Positions 28,578 through 42,402 of a stretch of 64,000 nt of DNA are shown piece by piece (positions within the stretch are counted from its first letter, which is position 1; every line of letters starts with the position of its first letter). This DNA is from a candidate division FCPU426 bacterium (GTDB taxonomy: Bacteria; Oederibacteriota; Muellerivitia; Muellerivitales; Muellerivitaceae). The DNA is taken from NCBI GenBank assembly GCA_963796105.1, contig CAWCKJ010000008.1:96001-160000 (forward strand). Direction: 5' to 3'. A program made the position numbers and the translations under genes. Under the pieces are notes generated by a model. It did no database searches and was not told the DNA's origin. It saw only the letters and a list, made by a program, of their open reading frames with translations.

Positions 28578-31500
28578 TTGAGCCAGTTGAAATCCAACAA
28601 CACTGAGAATAATGAAGAGCTTAAGGTGCAGATTACTGAAGGTGCATTAATAAGCGATAAAAAAACAGTCTTAGAGAATTTACTAAGGGAAACACCTCAT
28701 TTTGAAGCCATAAAAATAGGCCTTTCTTCGCCCGAAACGATTCGTTCCTGGTCTCATGGAGAAGTAAAAAAACCAGAAACCATTAATTATCGAACATTTA
28801 AGCCCGAGAAAAATGGGTTGTTTTGCGAAAAAATATTCGGGCCAACTAAGGATTGGGAATGTACTTGCGGAAAATACAAGCGAATCAAATATAAAGATGT
28901 TATTTGTGATCGTTGCGGAGTCGAAGTGACCCAGGCCAAAGTAAGGCGTGAACGAATGGGACATATTGAATTGGCCTGTTTGGTTTCCCACATTTGGTAT
29001 TTAAAAGGTGTGCCTTCAAGGATGGGATATCTTTTAGAGATGTCAACACGTAATTTAGAAAGAATAATTTATTACGAATCCTATGTGGTTATAGAACCAG
29101 GAAAAGCTCCAATTGATGTTGGCCAATTACTTTCGGAAGATGAATATCAGAAATTACGTTTGGAATATGGCGCATCCTTAAAAGCGAAAATGGGGGCCGA
29201 GGCGATCCGAGATTTGATTAGATCCGTTGATTTGGCTGATTTGGATAAAAAACTTCGTGTTCAGATGAAACAAACCAACAGTGAGCAAAAAAGAAAGACC
29301 ATCATTAAGAGATTGAAGGTGATCGAAAATTTTTTGAAAAGTGATAACAAACCGGAATGGATGTTCCTTGAAGTTTTGCCGGTAATTCCGCCTGAACTTC
29401 GGCCGTTGGTGCCGCTTGATGGTGGTCGCTTTGCTACTTCTGATTTAAACGATCTTTACCGGCGTGTAATAAATAGAAATAATCGATTGAAAAAACTTTT
29501 AGAATTACATGCACCTGAAGTTATTGTTCGCAATGAAAAGCGAATGTTACAAGAAGCAGTGGATGCATTGCTGGATAATGGGCGGAGAGGACATGCCGTT
29601 CGGGGTCCTGGGAACCGGCCTCTTAAATCACTTTCGGATATGTTGAAGGGAAAACAGGGGCGGTTTCGTCAAAACCTATTGGGTAAACGCGTTGATTATT
29701 CTGGGCGTTCTGTAATTGTAGTTGGGCCGGAATTAAAGATGCATCAGTGTGGATTGCCGAAGAAAATGGCATTGGAACTCTTTAAACCTTTTATAATAAA
29801 AAAACTAGAAGATCGGGGATATGTTCATACCATTAAAAGCGCTCGAAAAATGGTTGAAAGAGTAAAACCGGAAGTTTGGGATATTCTTGCTGAGGTTATT
29901 CGTGACCATCATGTCCTTTTAAATCGAGCGCCTACGTTACATCGACAAGGCATTCAGGCTTTTCAGCCTGTTTTAATTGAAGGGCGTGCTATTCAGATCC
30001 ATCCCTTAGTTTGTACTGCATTTAACGCGGATTTTGACGGGGATCAAATGGCGGTACATGTTCCACTTTCAAGCGAAGCACAAATGGAAGCAAGATTTCT
30101 AATGCTTTCGACAAACAATATTAACTCAACTTCCAATGGGCGTCCCATTGTTACTCCTACACAAGACATTGTTTTGGGGTCCTATTACCTTACTAAGGAA
30201 AAACCGGGAGATGTTGGAGAAGGAAGGGTTTTTTCCGCAGCTAAGGAGGTACTTATTGCGTTTGAAGAAAAAAAAGTAGGAAAACATGCAAGGATAAAAG
30301 TAAGGATCAATGGAAAAATTATTGACACTACTGTCGGAAGGGTTCTTTTTAATCAAGTCATTCCTACAGGGTTACCCTATAACAACCAAGTCATGAACAA
30401 AAAAGAATTAGGCGATTTGGTTGCTTTGTGCTATGAAAAACTCGGCTCGGAACCGACAGTCAAGCTTCTCGATGATGTTAAGGAGTTAGGATTCAAATAT
30501 GCCACTACAGCTGGGATAACCGTTTCTATCGATGATATGAAAATACCAAAAGATAAAGTTGATATATTAAAAAGATCCTATAAGGAAGTCGCGGAAATCG
30601 AAAATCAATACAAAAAAGGAATAATTACTGCGGGTGAGCGTTATAACAAAGTAATTGATATTTGGACCCATACAACCGATGAAATAGCCGAAGTTATGTT
30701 TGAGAATTTAAAAAAAGATAATCATGGGTTTAATCCCATTTATATGATGGCAGATTCTGGAGCACGTGGTTCTAAGATGCAAATTCGACAGCTTGCCGGA
30801 ATGCGGGGGCTAATGGCTAAGCCTCTCCAAAAAATTACCGGGTCAATTGGTGAAATCATCGAATCCCCTATTACAGCTAATTTCCGTGAAGGATTGACGG
30901 TTTTGGAATACTTTATTTCCACACATGGAGCTCGTAAAGGTTTAGCGGATACTGCCCTTAAAACCGCGGATGCGGGTTACTTAACACGTCGTTTAGTGGA
31001 TGTGGCACAAGAAGTCATCATCAATGCTGAGGATTGCGGGACGCTAAATGGAGTAAGGGTAGGTGCCATTAAAGAAGGTATAGAAATAATCGAACCTTTG
31101 AAAGATCGTATCGCTGGTCGGATAGCGGTCGATAATGTCGCTAATCTCCTAACTTCCGAAGTAATCATTCGATCTGGACAAGTGATTACTGAAAATGTTG
31201 CCGACAAACTTGAGGAAGCTGGAATTGAACAAATTAGAGTGCGTTCAGTTTTAACCTGTGAATTGGAACGGGGAGTTTGCGCAAAGTGTTATGGTTTAAA
31301 TTTGGCGAATGGCAAACTAGTTCAAATGGGTGAGGCGGTTGGTATTATTGCGGCTCAATCTATTGGCGAACCAGGTACTCAATTGACCCTGAGAACTTTC
31401 CATGTTGGTGGAGCAGCCAGTAGGGCATTGGAACAATCTAAAATTGAGTCACATAGGACTGGTAAAGTTCGGTTCCACAATTTGAAACTAGTGGAAAACC

Positions 31501-32810
31501 GGGCAAGGGATTTAATTGTATTAAACCGTAATGGTGAGATTTCTATATATGATGAAAAAGGACGTATCGTTGAAAATTACGTCGTCCCATTTGGGTCAAC
31601 TTTGAAAGTTCATGAAGGTGATGCTGTGAGAGAAAATCAAATGTTGGCGCACTGGGATCTTTATAAGGTGCCGATATTTTCCGAAGTTAGCGGTAATTTA
31701 AAATTACAAGATGTTATCAGGGGGGTTACTGTTCGGGAGGAAATTGATTCCACGACAGGTCTTAAAGAACGAGCCATAATGGAGTATAAAGACGAAAATT
31801 TATCACCACGTTGTCTTATTATCAATCCAGAAACAGGCGAAGCGATAAAGAGTTATCGGCTACCAACAGGTTCTTTAATTAATGTCGCAGATGGTGACAA
31901 AGTTATGGCTGGTGATATTCTCGCAAAGATACCTCGCGAAATCTCTAAAACACGTGACATTACTGGGGGGCTTCCACGAGTTGCCGAGCTTTTTGAGGCT
32001 CGAAGACCTAAAAATAACGCTATTATCGCAAAAATCAGTGGGACCGTTAATTTTGGTACTGCCTCAAAGGGCTATCAAAGAGTAATTATTGCAAATACTG
32101 AGGGTAAAAAGACAATCGAGGAAGAATACGCGATACCCTATGGTAAGCATTTAAATGTTCATGAAAGTGATTATGTTCGGGCCGGGGATGCTTTGACCGA
32201 TGGACCAATAGATCCTCACGATATCTTGGAAGTACAAGGTGAAGCAGCGGTACAAGAATATTTATTAAGCAAGGTTCAAGAAGTATATCGGCTTCAAGGT
32301 GTAAAAATTAACGACAAGCATATTGAAGTTATTGTCAGGCAAATGATGAGAAAAGTACTTATTCAGGAAGCTGGGGATACTGAATTCTTGCCCAAACAAC
32401 AAATTGACAAGGGGAAATTCAGTAAGGAAAATGACAAAATACAAGACAAGGATGGAAAAATATCTACGGCAAGGCCGCTTTTATTGGGAATTACTAAAGC
32501 ATCTTTGGGAACGGAAAGTTTTATTTCCGCAGCGAGTTTTCAGGAAACGACAAAGGTTTTAACTGAGGCAGCTGTTTCTGGAAAAATTGATGAATTACGT
32601 GGTCTCAAAGAGAATGTGATAATGGGGCATTTAATTCCAGCTGGGACTGGAAGCCCCTCTTATCGGGCATTGAAAATTAAAGTTGATGAATTAGATGAAG
32701 AATTACCCGCCGGTATAACTGCAACTCAGCAAACGGCTGAATTTATTGAGGAAAATGAATTTAAAGGTGAAGAAGCTTTTTTGAATAAAAAAAGCCTTGA
32801 CCAAACATAA
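28578..32810 (+). CDS. rpoC: RNA polymerase beta' subunit
   Basis: NADFDGD catalytic motif, Zn fingers, SAASFQET. Confidence 0.99.
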   Translation: MSQLKSNNTENNEELKVQITEGALISDKKTVLENLLRETPHFEAIKIGLSSPETIRSWSHGEVKKPETINYRTFKPEKNGLFCEKIFGPTKDWECTCGKYKRIKYKDVICDRCGVEVTQAKVRRERMGHIELACLVSHIWYLKGVPSRMGYLLEMSTRNLERIIYYESYVVIEPGKAPIDVGQLLSEDEYQKLRLEYGASLKAKMGAEAIRDLIRSVDLADLDKKLRVQMKQTNSEQKRKTIIKRLKVIENFLKSDNKPEWMFLEVLPVIPPELRPLVPLDGGRFATSDLNDLYRRVINRNNRLKKLLELHAPEVIVRNEKRMLQEAVDALLDNGRRGHAVRGPGNRPLKSLSDMLKGKQGRFRQNLLGKRVDYSGRSVIVVGPELKMHQCGLPKKMALELFKPFIIKKLEDRGYVHTIKSARKMVERVKPEVWDILAEVIRDHHVLLNRAPTLHRQGIQAFQPVLIEGRAIQIHPLVCTAFNADFDGDQMAVHVPLSSEAQMEARFLMLSTNNINSTSNGRPIVTPTQDIVLGSYYLTKEKPGDVGEGRVFSAAKEVLIAFEEKKVGKHARIKVRINGKIIDTTVGRVLFNQVIPTGLPYNNQVMNKKELGDLVALCYEKLGSEPTVKLLDDVKELGFKYATTAGITVSIDDMKIPKDKVDILKRSYKEVAEIENQYKKGIITAGERYNKVIDIWTHTTDEIAEVMFENLKKDNHGFNPIYMMADSGARGSKMQIRQLAGMRGLMAKPLQKITGSIGEIIESPITANFREGLTVLEYFISTHGARKGLADTALKTADAGYLTRRLVDVAQEVIINAEDCGTLNGVRVGAIKEGIEIIEPLKDRIAGRIAVDNVANLLTSEVIIRSGQVITENVADKLEEAGIEQIRVRSVLTCELERGVCAKCYGLNLANGKLVQMGEAVGIIAAQSIGEPGTQLTLRTFHVGGAASRALEQSKIESHRTGKVRFHNLKLVENRARDLIVLNRNGEISIYDEKGRIVENYVVPFGSTLKVHEGDAVRENQMLAHWDLYKVPIFSEVSGNLKLQDVIRGVTVREEIDSTTGLKERAIMEYKDENLSPRCLIINPETGEAIKSYRLPTGSLINVADGDKVMAGDILAKIPREISKTRDITGGLPRVAELFEARRPKNNAIIAKISGTVNFGTASKGYQRVIIANTEGKKTIEEEYAIPYGKHLNVHESDYVRAGDALTDGPIDPHDILEVQGEAAVQEYLLSKVQEVYRLQGVKINDKHIEVIVRQMMRKVLIQEAGDTEFLPKQQIDKGKFSKENDKIQDKDGKISTARPLLLGITKASLGTESFISAASFQETTKVLTEAAVSGKIDELRGLKENVIMGHLIPAGTGSPSYRALKIKVDELDEELPAGITATQQTAEFIEENEFKGEEAFLNKKSLDQT

Positions 32811-32825
32811 GCGTTTTGATAGCCT
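32797..32825 (+). promoter_or_regulatory. Putative str operon promoter
   Basis: TTGACC-17bp-TAGCCT with TGn. Confidence 0.45.
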
Positions 32826-32990
32826 TCCCGTCTGCGTTTTTACATCGATAAGGCTAGACGTAGTTGAAAATCCTCCTTTTGAATGGAAATTTAAGTTTCA
32901 TTTTCATTCAAAATGGTGAGCCAGAGGAGGGCTTTGCTTAAGGAATCCTACCGGGGATGATACCTGGGTTGGGAAAAAGAATTCTTACTT

Positions 32991-33027
32991 GGCAAAGACA
33001 GAGCTCATTGTCTTTGCCTTTTTTTTT
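32991..33027 (+). terminator. Intrinsic terminator-like hairpin in the rpsL leader
   Basis: GGCAAAGACA-N8-TGTCTTTGCC plus T9, 8 nt before the rpsL RBS. Confidence 0.75.
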
Positions 33028-33045
33028 AAAAATTTGGAGGATTAT

Positions 33046-33438
33046 TTGCCAACGTTAAATCAATTGGTCCGATTAGGCCGGGAAAAAAATAAACATAAAA
33101 CAAAATCGCCAGCTCTAAAGGCATGCCCTCAAAGACGCGGTGTTTGTGTAAAAGTTGCGACGATGACCCCTAAAAAACCTAATTCGGCTTTGAGAAAAAT
33201 TGCTAGGGTTCGTTTAACAAATGGAATGGAGGTTACCTGTTATATTCCGGGAGTGGGGCACAATTTACAAGAACATTCGATTGTTTTAATCCGGGGCGGA
33301 CGCGTAAAGGACCTTCCGGGAGTTCGTTATCACATTATCCGTGGAACGCTAGACGCTGCTGGGGTTGTGGATAGAAAACAAGGGCGTTCTAAATATGGTA
33401 TGAAGCGACCCAAAAAAGAGACGCTTCCGAAAGGTTAA
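33046..33438 (+). CDS. rpsL: 30S ribosomal protein S12
   Basis: TTG start after [33 protein letters not shown]. Confidence 0.98.
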   Translation: MPTLNQLVRLGREKNKHKTKSPALKACPQRRGVCVKVATMTPKKPNSALRKIARVRLTNGMEVTCYIPGVGHNLQEHSIVLIRGGRVKDLPGVRYHIIRGTLDAAGVVDRKQGRSKYGMKRPKKETLPKG

Positions 33439-33447
33439 GGTGTTCTT

Positions 33448-33918
33448 ATGCCTCGCAGAAAAGTTGCTGCCCAAAGAGAAGTGCTTTCAGATTCCCGATA
33501 TAACAATAAACTTGTTACGAAATTCATAAATTCAATGATGTATAACGGAAAAAAAATGGTGGCTTCGCGAAGTTTTTATGATGCTATGGATATTTTAGGG
33601 CAGAAACATGGTGAAGGGGCGTTAAATGTTTTTAAAACGGCGATAGATAATGTAAAGCCTGTTTTGGAAGTCAAATCAAGGCGAGTTGGTGGCGCCACTT
33701 ATCAAGTACCTGTCGAGATTCGACCTGAGCGTAGAACTTCACTAGCAATTCGATGGATTCTTATAGCTGCCCGTGCGAGAAAAGAAAAAACAATCGCAGA
33801 AAAATTAGCTGCCGAATTAACGGATGCATTTAAAAATCAAGGTGTTTCGATAAAGAAAAAAGAAGATACTCATAAAATGGCGGAAGCTAATCAAGCTTTT
33901 GCTCATTATCGTTGGTAA
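33448..33918 (+). CDS. rpsG: 30S ribosomal protein S7
   Basis: [26 protein letters not shown]. Confidence 0.98.
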   Translation: MPRRKVAAQREVLSDSRYNNKLVTKFINSMMYNGKKMVASRSFYDAMDILGQKHGEGALNVFKTAIDNVKPVLEVKSRRVGGATYQVPVEIRPERRTSLAIRWILIAARARKEKTIAEKLAAELTDAFKNQGVSIKKKEDTHKMAEANQAFAHYRW

Positions 33919-33930
33919 CCGAGGAAGAAA

Positions 33931-36009
33931 TTGCCGAGACCTATACCATTAGCGAAAACCAGAAATATTGGAATCATGGCTCATATAGATGCTGGCAAAA
34001 CCACTTTAACCGAACGTATTCTTTATTACACTGGGAGGACTCACAAAATCGGCGAAGTGCATGATGGGACTGCCACCATGGATTGGATGCCGCAAGAACA
34101 GGAACGAGGGATAACTATTACTTCGGCGGCTACTACTTGTTTTTGGAAAAATCATCGTATCAATATTATTGATACTCCTGGCCACGTTGATTTTACAATA
34201 GAAGTTGAAAGATCATTGAGGGTTTTGGATGGCGCCATTGGTGTTTTTGGTGCTGTCGAAGGGGTGGAGCCGCAATCTGAAACTGTTTGGCGGCAAGCTA
34301 CTCGTTATGGAGTCCCGCGTATTGCGTTCGTGAATAAGATGGATCGCATTGGAGCTGATTATTTCAGCGCGATCGATCAAATGAAAAAGAAGCTGAATGC
34401 CAATGCTCACCCGTTAACTTTACCTGTCGGCGCAGAAGAAAAATTTGATGGAATTATTCATCTTGTTGAAATGAAAAGATACCGTTGGCTTGATGACAAT
34501 CTTGGCGCTCAATTTGAGATTGAGGAAATCCCGGAAGAAATGAAACAAATGGCGCAGGAATATCGCCAACAGTTATTAGAAGCTGTTGCCGAGTTTGATG
34601 ATGTGGTAATGCAAAAATATCTTGATGGAAAGCCAGTTACTGGAGAAGAACTTAATAATTGCATTCGTAAAGGGACAATCCAAAATAAGTTCAATCCGGT
34701 ATTTTGTGGATCTGCTTTTAAAAATAAGGGAGTTCAGCCTTTGTTGGATGCGGTGTTGGCTTATTTGCCTTCACCAATAGATATACCTCCTGTAAAGGGT
34801 CACAATCCAGAGACGAACGCTGAGGAGATTAGAGAAACAAGTGATGAAGCTCCATTTTCAAGTTTGGCTTTTAAAATAATGACCGATCCACATGTTGGAA
34901 AACTTGTTTATTTTAGGGTTTATTCTGGGGTTCTTTCAACTGGTTCATATGTTTACAATTCAACCAAGGGAAGTAGAGAAAGAATTGGAAGATTGTTGCA
35001 AATGCACGCAAATAAACGCGAGGAAATTAAAGAAGTGCATGCTGGAGATATTGCTGCAACAGTTGGTATAAAAGCTATTACCACTGGGGATACGCTTTGT
35101 GATGAGAATAAGTCCATTGTTTTGGAAAGAATGGTATTTCCTGATCCGGTCATTTCCGTTGCTATCGAGCCTAAAACTAAAGCTGATCAGGAAAAATTGG
35201 GTTTGGCATTGAGCAAGCTAGCCGAAGAAGACCCATCCTTTAGGGTGAAAACGGATGAAGAAACAAGTCAGACAATAATACAAGGAATGGGAGAGCTTCA
35301 CCTTGAGATTATTGTGGACCGAATGATGCGAGAATTTAATGTTCAAGCCAACGTTGGAAAGCCCCAGGTCGCATATCGGGAAACTATTAGGAAGAGTGTT
35401 GAGGCCGAGGGGAAATATATTCGTCAAACGGGGGGGAGAGGTCAATACGGACATGTTTTCATTACCATGGAGCCACAAGAACCTGGTAAGGGCATAGAGT
35501 TTAAAAACGCTATCGTTGGTGGCACTGTTCCAAAGGAATATATCCCCGCCATTCAAAAAGGCATTGATGAAGCAAAAGATACGGGTGTTCTTGCTGGGTA
35601 TCCAGTGGTGGATTTTAAAGTTACCCTAACAGATGGTTCATACCATGAAGTGGATTCATCTGAAATGGCGTTTAAGATTGCGGCATCTATGGCTTTTAAA
35701 GAAGCTATGCGCAAAGCAGATCCCATCATTTTAGAACCAGTTATGGATGTTGAAGTAGTTACTCCAGAAGATTTTATGGGTGCTGTTATGGGGGATCTTC
35801 AATCTAAAAGAGGAAAAATAGAAGGAATGGAATTGCGCGGCCAAATGCAAACCATCCGGTCGAAAGTGCCTTTGTCTGAAATGTTTGGCTATTCCACAAA
35901 TTTGCGTTCAATGAGTCAAGGAAGAGCAACGTATACAATGCAGTTCGCACATTATGAGGAAACGCCTCGATCAATTCAGCAGGAAATAATTGCTAAAGTA
36001 AAAGGTTAA
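33931..36009 (+). CDS. fusA: Elongation factor G
   Basis: [30 protein letters not shown]. Confidence 0.99.
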   Translation: MPRPIPLAKTRNIGIMAHIDAGKTTLTERILYYTGRTHKIGEVHDGTATMDWMPQEQERGITITSAATTCFWKNHRINIIDTPGHVDFTIEVERSLRVLDGAIGVFGAVEGVEPQSETVWRQATRYGVPRIAFVNKMDRIGADYFSAIDQMKKKLNANAHPLTLPVGAEEKFDGIIHLVEMKRYRWLDDNLGAQFEIEEIPEEMKQMAQEYRQQLLEAVAEFDDVVMQKYLDGKPVTGEELNNCIRKGTIQNKFNPVFCGSAFKNKGVQPLLDAVLAYLPSPIDIPPVKGHNPETNAEEIRETSDEAPFSSLAFKIMTDPHVGKLVYFRVYSGVLSTGSYVYNSTKGSRERIGRLLQMHANKREEIKEVHAGDIAATVGIKAITTGDTLCDENKSIVLERMVFPDPVISVAIEPKTKADQEKLGLALSKLAEEDPSFRVKTDEETSQTIIQGMGELHLEIIVDRMMREFNVQANVGKPQVAYRETIRKSVEAEGKYIRQTGGRGQYGHVFITMEPQEPGKGIEFKNAIVGGTVPKEYIPAIQKGIDEAKDTGVLAGYPVVDFKVTLTDGSYHEVDSSEMAFKIAASMAFKEAMRKADPIILEPVMDVEVVTPEDFMGAVMGDLQSKRGKIEGMELRGQMQTIRSKVPLSEMFGYSTNLRSMSQGRATYTMQFAHYEETPRSIQQEIIAKVKG

Positions 36010-36051
36010 TTAAGTACACTGAAACAGTTTGAATGAAAAGGAGGCGAATAA

Positions 36052-37242
<1,191 letters not shown>

Positions 37243-37272
37243 AGATTAAAAGAAATAATGAGGTAGGGAATA

Positions 37273-37590
37273 ATGGCCACGGCCACAAGTCAGAAAATCA
37301 GGATTAAGTTAAAGGCTTATGATCATAGATTATTGGATCGATCAACGGTTGAGATTATTGAAACGGTTCGGCGTACAGGTGCTGTTGTATTAGGCCCTGT
37401 GCCTCTCCCGACAGATATTAATCGTTATACGGTATTAAGAAGTCCGCATGTTGATAAGAAATCAAGGGAGCAGTTTGAGATACGAACACATAAAAGACTT
37501 GTTGATATTGTTAATCCAAACCAAAGAACAATAGATGCATTAATGAAACTTGATTTGCCGGCTGGTGTCGATGTCGAGATTAAACTGTAG
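37273..37590 (+). CDS. rpsJ: 30S ribosomal protein S10
   Basis: [29 protein letters not shown]. Confidence 0.98.
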   Translation: MATATSQKIRIKLKAYDHRLLDRSTVEIIETVRRTGAVVLGPVPLPTDINRYTVLRSPHVDKKSREQFEIRTHKRLVDIVNPNQRTIDALMKLDLPAGVDVEIKL

Positions 37591-37601
37591 AGGAAATTTT
37601 A

Positions 37602-38240
37602 ATGAGCGAAATATTACAGACATTAATTGGCAAAAAATTGGGACAAACGACTTTTTTTGAAGAAAGCGGAAAGGCAAGTCAAGTTACTGTATTGGAAATC
37701 GGGCCTTGTATTGTAATTCAAAAAAAGACGATAGAAAATGAAAGCTATAATGCTGTTCAAATTGGATTTAAAGAAAATAAAGAAAAACATACAACTAAAT
37801 CGCTTCAGGGCCATTATAAAAAATCTGGCGCGACGCCCAAGGTGGTTTTAAAAGAAGTGAGAATACAAGATCCTTCCCAGTACCAAGTCGGACAAATCTT
37901 GACTGTCGAGAACTTGAAAAATATAAATTGGGTTGATGTAACTGGGATTTCCAAAGGAAAAGGATTTCAAGGAGTTGTTCGTAGGCATGGATTTAAGGGT
38001 GGCAGGAATTCCCACGGAAGTATGTTTCATAGAGCGCCGGGTGGCATTGGTGCGTCTTCAGATCCTTCGCGTGTTTATCCCGGGAATAGAATGCCCGGCC
38101 ACATGGGAACTCAAAAAAATACTGTTTTAAATTTGAAAGTGATTAGGGTCGACATGGACAACCAGTTGTTATTTGTGAGAGGCGCTGTTCCTGGGGCTTG
38201 TGGTGGAACTGTCATGGTTCGTCCGAGTATAAAAAAATAA
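37602..38240 (+). CDS. rplC: 50S ribosomal protein L3
   Basis: SKGKGFQGV..RHGF.G, SHGS, RMPGHMG. Confidence 0.97.
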   Translation: MSEILQTLIGKKLGQTTFFEESGKASQVTVLEIGPCIVIQKKTIENESYNAVQIGFKENKEKHTTKSLQGHYKKSGATPKVVLKEVRIQDPSQYQVGQILTVENLKNINWVDVTGISKGKGFQGVVRRHGFKGGRNSHGSMFHRAPGGIGASSDPSRVYPGNRMPGHMGTQKNTVLNLKVIRVDMDNQLLFVRGAVPGACGGTVMVRPSIKK

Positions 38241-38251
38241 GGTGAAAATCT

Positions 38252-38893
38252 ATGCCTAAAACGACAGTTTTTAATTTGAACGGTCAATCCACAGAACAAT
38301 TGGAATTGCCTGAAAAATTATTCGGTTTGAAACCACGGGTACATCATTTATGGAGGGGCGTAACAACTTATTTGTCGAATCAACGATTAGGAACAGTAAA
38401 GACGAAGCGCAAAGGGGAAGTTTCGGGTGGTGGTAAAAAGCCCTTTAAACAAAAAGGAACTGGTAATGCCCGCCAAGGATCAATTCGTGCTGTTCAATTT
38501 GTTGGTGGGGGCATTGCGCATGGACCAAAGCCGAGAGATTATTCACTTGGTTTTTCAAAAAAAATGAAACGGCAATGTTTGGCTGAATCCCTTTCCGATA
38601 AAGCAGCTCAAGGAAAAGTTATTGTTATGGAGAGTCTGAATTTTGGTACTCCTAAAACTAAGCAAGCAATAAGTGTGCTGAAGCATTTAGGCATTTATGG
38701 GAAAAAATGTTTAATTATTTTAGGGCATTCTAATTTACCTACTTTTAATAGTTTTCGTAATATTCCTACAGTTACGGTTATTTCGAATGAAAATTTAAAT
38801 ATTTATGAGGTAATAAATCATGACGTCGTGTTATTGACAAAAGATTCGTTAAATAAACTAACTTTTCTAAATTCTCAGGCGAGGAAAGTATGA
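38252..38893 (+). CDS. rplD: 50S ribosomal protein L4
   Basis: EVSGGGKKP.KQKGTGNARQGS, GGG.AHGPKPRDY. Confidence 0.97.
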   Translation: MPKTTVFNLNGQSTEQLELPEKLFGLKPRVHHLWRGVTTYLSNQRLGTVKTKRKGEVSGGGKKPFKQKGTGNARQGSIRAVQFVGGGIAHGPKPRDYSLGFSKKMKRQCLAESLSDKAAQGKVIVMESLNFGTPKTKQAISVLKHLGIYGKKCLIILGHSNLPTFNSFRNIPTVTVISNENLNIYEVINHDVVLLTKDSLNKLTFLNSQARKV

Positions 38894-39186
38894 AAAAAAA
38901 AGAAGAAGTTATTATTCGGCCATTGATCACCGAGAGAAGCACTGCTCTTCGTGAAAAAGGAAAATATTGTTTTGAGGTTCATCCAAATTCCACAAAAAAA
39001 GAGATTAAGGAAGCTGTGGAAAAAATTTTTAAAAAAGAAAAAATAAATGTTTTGAAGGTTAATACTATGAAGATTTCTGGAAAACTTAGACGTTTTGGGA
39101 AAAATCTATCCAAATCTTTTCGCTGGAAAAAAGCATTTGTTACTCTTAAACCTGGTCAAAAATTAGAATTTTTTGAAGGGGCCTAA
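38890..39186 (+). CDS. rplW: 50S ribosomal protein L23
   Basis: [23 protein letters not shown]; operon position. Confidence 0.95.
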   Translation: MKKKEEVIIRPLITERSTALREKGKYCFEVHPNSTKKEIKEAVEKIFKKEKINVLKVNTMKISGKLRRFGKNLSKSFRWKKAFVTLKPGQKLEFFEGA

Positions 39187-39188
39187 AA

Positions 39189-40013
39189 ATGCCGATTCGA
39201 TTTTATAAACCAACTTCACCGGGTAGAAGGGCTATGACTGCGGTAAGCGCAGAAAATTTGTCTAAAAAAAGACCCGAGAAAAATCTGACAGTATCCATAA
39301 ATAAAACTGGTGGTCGTAACATGTATGGCCGCATTACCAGCAGACACCGCGGGGCAGGTCATAAGCGTAGATACCGTTTATTGGATTTTGAGAGGAATAA
39401 ATCAGGAATGCGGGGAAAAGTATTGGCTTTAGAATATGACCCGAACAGAACATCTAGGATTGCCCTGGTTCAGTACGCTGATGGTGAAAAAAAATATATT
39501 ATTGCCCCGGATGGTTTGAAAAAAGGTGATCCAATTTTCTCGGGTTCAGGTGCAGACGTTAAACCAGGGTATTCAATGAAATTGAAAGATATACCATTGG
39601 GTACGATGATCCATAATATTGAAATTAAGCCCGGTAAAGGTGGTCAATTAGTACGTTCTGCTGGGGCGGTTGCACAGTTAATGGCGAGGGAGGGAAGCTA
39701 TGCGACTATTAAATTGCCATCAGGAGAAATTCGGAAAATACACATTGAGTGTAATGCTTCTGTGGGCCAGGTTGGAAATATTGAACATATTAACGTAAGC
39801 ATAGGTAAAGCGGGACGAATGAGATGGATGGGAGAAAGGCCACAATCTAGAGGAGTTGTGACTCGTCCTGGAGACGGACATCCCATGGGAGGAGGCGAAG
39901 GCAAATCTTCCGGAGGAAGACATCCTACAACACCCTGGGGAAAACCGACAAAAGGTTATAAAACACGTCAAAACAAATTAACTGAAAAATTCATTTTAAA
40001 ACATCGTAAATAA
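39189..40013 (+). CDS. rplB: 50S ribosomal protein L2
   Basis: GRN..GRIT.RH.G.GHKR.YR, EYDPNR, GKAGR, GGGEG, TPWGKP. Confidence 0.98.
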   Translation: MPIRFYKPTSPGRRAMTAVSAENLSKKRPEKNLTVSINKTGGRNMYGRITSRHRGAGHKRRYRLLDFERNKSGMRGKVLALEYDPNRTSRIALVQYADGEKKYIIAPDGLKKGDPIFSGSGADVKPGYSMKLKDIPLGTMIHNIEIKPGKGGQLVRSAGAVAQLMAREGSYATIKLPSGEIRKIHIECNASVGQVGNIEHINVSIGKAGRMRWMGERPQSRGVVTRPGDGHPMGGGEGKSSGGRHPTTPWGKPTKGYKTRQNKLTEKFILKHRK

Positions 40014-40037
40014 ACTTACTAATAAGAGGTTTGAACA

Positions 40038-40325
40038 ATGGGACGATCACTGAAAAAGGGGCCATATGTCACTTTAAAACTTTTGAAAATTGTTCAAAAA
40101 ATGAATAGAGTCGGGGATAAAAAGGTGATTAAGACATATTACAGGAGATCCTCAATCCATCCAGAAATGGTTGGGCATACTTTTGCGATTCATAATGGGA
40201 AAAAATTCATTCCTGTGTTTATCACCGAAAATATGGTAGGCCATAAACTCGGTGAATTTTCCCCGACAAGAACTTTTAAGGCTCATGGCGTTGTTAAAAC
40301 AGAAAAGGCAGTTGCGCTTAAGTGA
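40038..40325 (+). CDS. rpsS: 30S ribosomal protein S19
   Basis: [26 protein letters not shown]. Confidence 0.98.
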   Translation: MGRSLKKGPYVTLKLLKIVQKMNRVGDKKVIKTYYRRSSIHPEMVGHTFAIHNGKKFIPVFITENMVGHKLGEFSPTRTFKAHGVVKTEKAVALK

Positions 40326-40350
40326 AAATGTAATTAAGTGAGGTTTTTTA

Positions 40351-40701
40351 ATGCAAGCAAAGGCGATTTCCAGGTTTACGAGGCTAACTCCTCGAAAAGC
40401 AAGGCAAGTAGTTAATTTAGTAAGGAAAAAAAAAGTTGTTGATGCGTTAAATATTTTGGCATTTACAAAAAAAAGAGCTGCTACCGAAATTGCGAAAATC
40501 ATTAAAGCGGCAGTATCCAATGCGGGGCAAAAAAACCGAGTGGATGTGGATAAGCTTTTTATTAAATCTATCCAGGTTGATGGTGGCCCTATGCTTCAAA
40601 ATGTCCGGCGTTTTATACCTCGGGCCATGGGAAGGGCTAGTTTAATTCATAAAAGAACAAGTCACATACAGGTTATTGTGTCCGACGAGAGTAAAAATTG
40701 A
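40351..40701 (+). CDS. rplV: 50S ribosomal protein L22
   Basis: PRKARQV, PRAMGRA..I.KRTSHI. Confidence 0.97.
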   Translation: MQAKAISRFTRLTPRKARQVVNLVRKKKVVDALNILAFTKKRAATEIAKIIKAAVSNAGQKNRVDVDKLFIKSIQVDGGPMLQNVRRFIPRAMGRASLIHKRTSHIQVIVSDESKN

Positions 40702-40725
40702 TTGTAAAAAAATACGGAGGGTCTC

Positions 40726-41460
40726 TTGGGTCAGAAAATTAACCCGATTGGTTTAAGGGTAGGAATTATCAAAGATTGGGAATCATTGTGGTTTATTGCA
40801 AAGAAAAAAAATTATACATCAACCCTTCTTGAGGACATAGAGATACGAAGATTCGTTAAATTAAGATTAAAACATGCAGGAATTGCAAAAGTTATATTGA
40901 AAAGAAAAGGAGAAATGGTTGAGGTGGATATATTTGCATCCCGGCCGGGAATAGTTATAGGGAAAAAAGGTTCGGAAGTAGATAAGTTGAAAGAAGAATT
41001 GCAGAGATTCACAAAAAAAGAAATACGCATAAACATTAATGAGGAAAAGCACTCTGAAACAAATGCCCAATTGATAGCTGAAAACGTAGCGGGACAGCTT
41101 GAAAAAAGGGTTGCGTTTCGAAGAGCAATGAAAAAATGCATTCAAAGTGCATTGGATGGTGGGGCTAAGGGTATAAAAATAATGTGTTCTGGCCGTTTAG
41201 CAGGAGCTGAAATTGCTCGTAGCGAATGGTATCGGGAAGGTCGAGTTCCACTTCATACTTTAAGAGCGGATATCGACTTTGGAATTACTGTGGCAAACAC
41301 CACTTTTGGAACAATTGGAGTGAAGTGCTGGGTTTTTAAACGCGAAATATTTGGCCTTAAAGAAAAGTTCATGGAAGATACCGCAACCTCTAAACCAAAA
41401 CCAATAGGAAAAGATCGTAAAAATAGTAATCGCGATCTTAATCTGAAAGCTAATAATTAA
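40726..41460 (+). CDS. rpsC: 30S ribosomal protein S3
   Basis: GQKINP.G.R, RPGIVIGKKG, GRL.GAEIAR, PLHTLRADID. Confidence 0.98.
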   Translation: MGQKINPIGLRVGIIKDWESLWFIAKKKNYTSTLLEDIEIRRFVKLRLKHAGIAKVILKRKGEMVEVDIFASRPGIVIGKKGSEVDKLKEELQRFTKKEIRININEEKHSETNAQLIAENVAGQLEKRVAFRRAMKKCIQSALDGGAKGIKIMCSGRLAGAEIARSEWYREGRVPLHTLRADIDFGITVANTTFGTIGVKCWVFKREIFGLKEKFMEDTATSKPKPIGKDRKNSNRDLNLKANN

Positions 41461-41475
41461 ATAAGGAATGAATTC

Positions 41476-41901
41476 ATGCTGATGCCAAAGCGAGTTAAAT
41501 ACAGAAAAACGATGAAGGGGAGGATGAGGGGAAAAGCAAAAAATGGTTTTTCTTTTGCTTTTGGTGAATACGCTTTGAAATCTGAAAGTGCTAGTTATGT
41601 TACTGACCGTCAAATTGAGGCTGCGCGAGTAGCGATTAACCGGCACATGAAAAGAGTTGGAAAGTTATGGGTACGTATATTCCCCGATAAGCCTATTACT
41701 CGTAAACCAGCTGAGGTTCGAATGGGGGGTGGAAAAGGTGCTCCTGATCATTGGGCTGCTGTAGTAAAGCCTGGGAGAATATTGTTTGAAGTAAGTGGAT
41801 GCCCAGAACCCATAGTTCGCGAGGCGTTTGAGCTTGCAGCGCATAAACTTCCAGTCATGACAAAATATATTAAAAGGGTTAATGCCGGAGGTCTTTCATG
41901 A
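41476..41901 (+). CDS. rplP: 50S ribosomal protein L16
   Basis: [30 protein letters not shown]. Confidence 0.98.
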   Translation: MLMPKRVKYRKTMKGRMRGKAKNGFSFAFGEYALKSESASYVTDRQIEAARVAINRHMKRVGKLWVRIFPDKPITRKPAEVRMGGGKGAPDHWAAVVKPGRILFEVSGCPEPIVREAFELAAHKLPVMTKYIKRVNAGGLS

Positions 41902-42107
41902 AAATAAAAGAAATTCGTGAATTGAATGTTGAACAATTAAAACAGCAGTTGATTTCTAAAGAAGAGGAATTATTCAATTTGAAAATACAGCTATCAACAA
42001 AACAATTAGAAAATCCGATGAAGATACGCGAAGCGAGGCGTCATATTGCGCGTTTGAAAACTATTCTGAAAATTAAAGAAAAAGGTTCAAGAATTGAGAG
42101 GAGCTAA
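41898..42107 (+). CDS. rpmC: 50S ribosomal protein L29
   Basis: ELFNL, QLENP..IR..RR.IAR.KT. Confidence 0.95.
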   Translation: MKIKEIRELNVEQLKQQLISKEEELFNLKIQLSTKQLENPMKIREARRHIARLKTILKIKEKGSRIERS

Positions 42108-42402
42108 GTCTTTGATGAAACCAAAAAAAGATATTAAGGGACCTCGTTTAAAAAAGGCAATTGTTTTGAGCCGCAATATGGACAAAACGGCTATAGTTTT
42201 AATTGAAGGCGTTGTGAAACATTCTTTTTATAAAAAATTGGTAAGAAAACGAAGTAAATTTAAAATCCATGATCCGAAGAATGAAACCAATAAAGGGGAT
42301 ATCATTCTAATCTCCGAGACTCGCCCCATCAGCGCTGAAAAACATTGGCGGCTGGTAAAAATATTAAAGAAGGCAGTCGAGATCCAGGAGGCCCTATTAT
42401 GA
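42094..42402 (+). CDS. rpsQ: 30S ribosomal protein S17
   Basis: MDKT.IV, H..Y.K, HD..N...GD...I.ETRPIS..K.W; start could be 42115. Confidence 0.94.
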   Translation: MRGAKSLMKPKKDIKGPRLKKAIVLSRNMDKTAIVLIEGVVKHSFYKKLVRKRSKFKIHDPKNETNKGDIILISETRPISAEKHWRLVKILKKAVEIQEALL

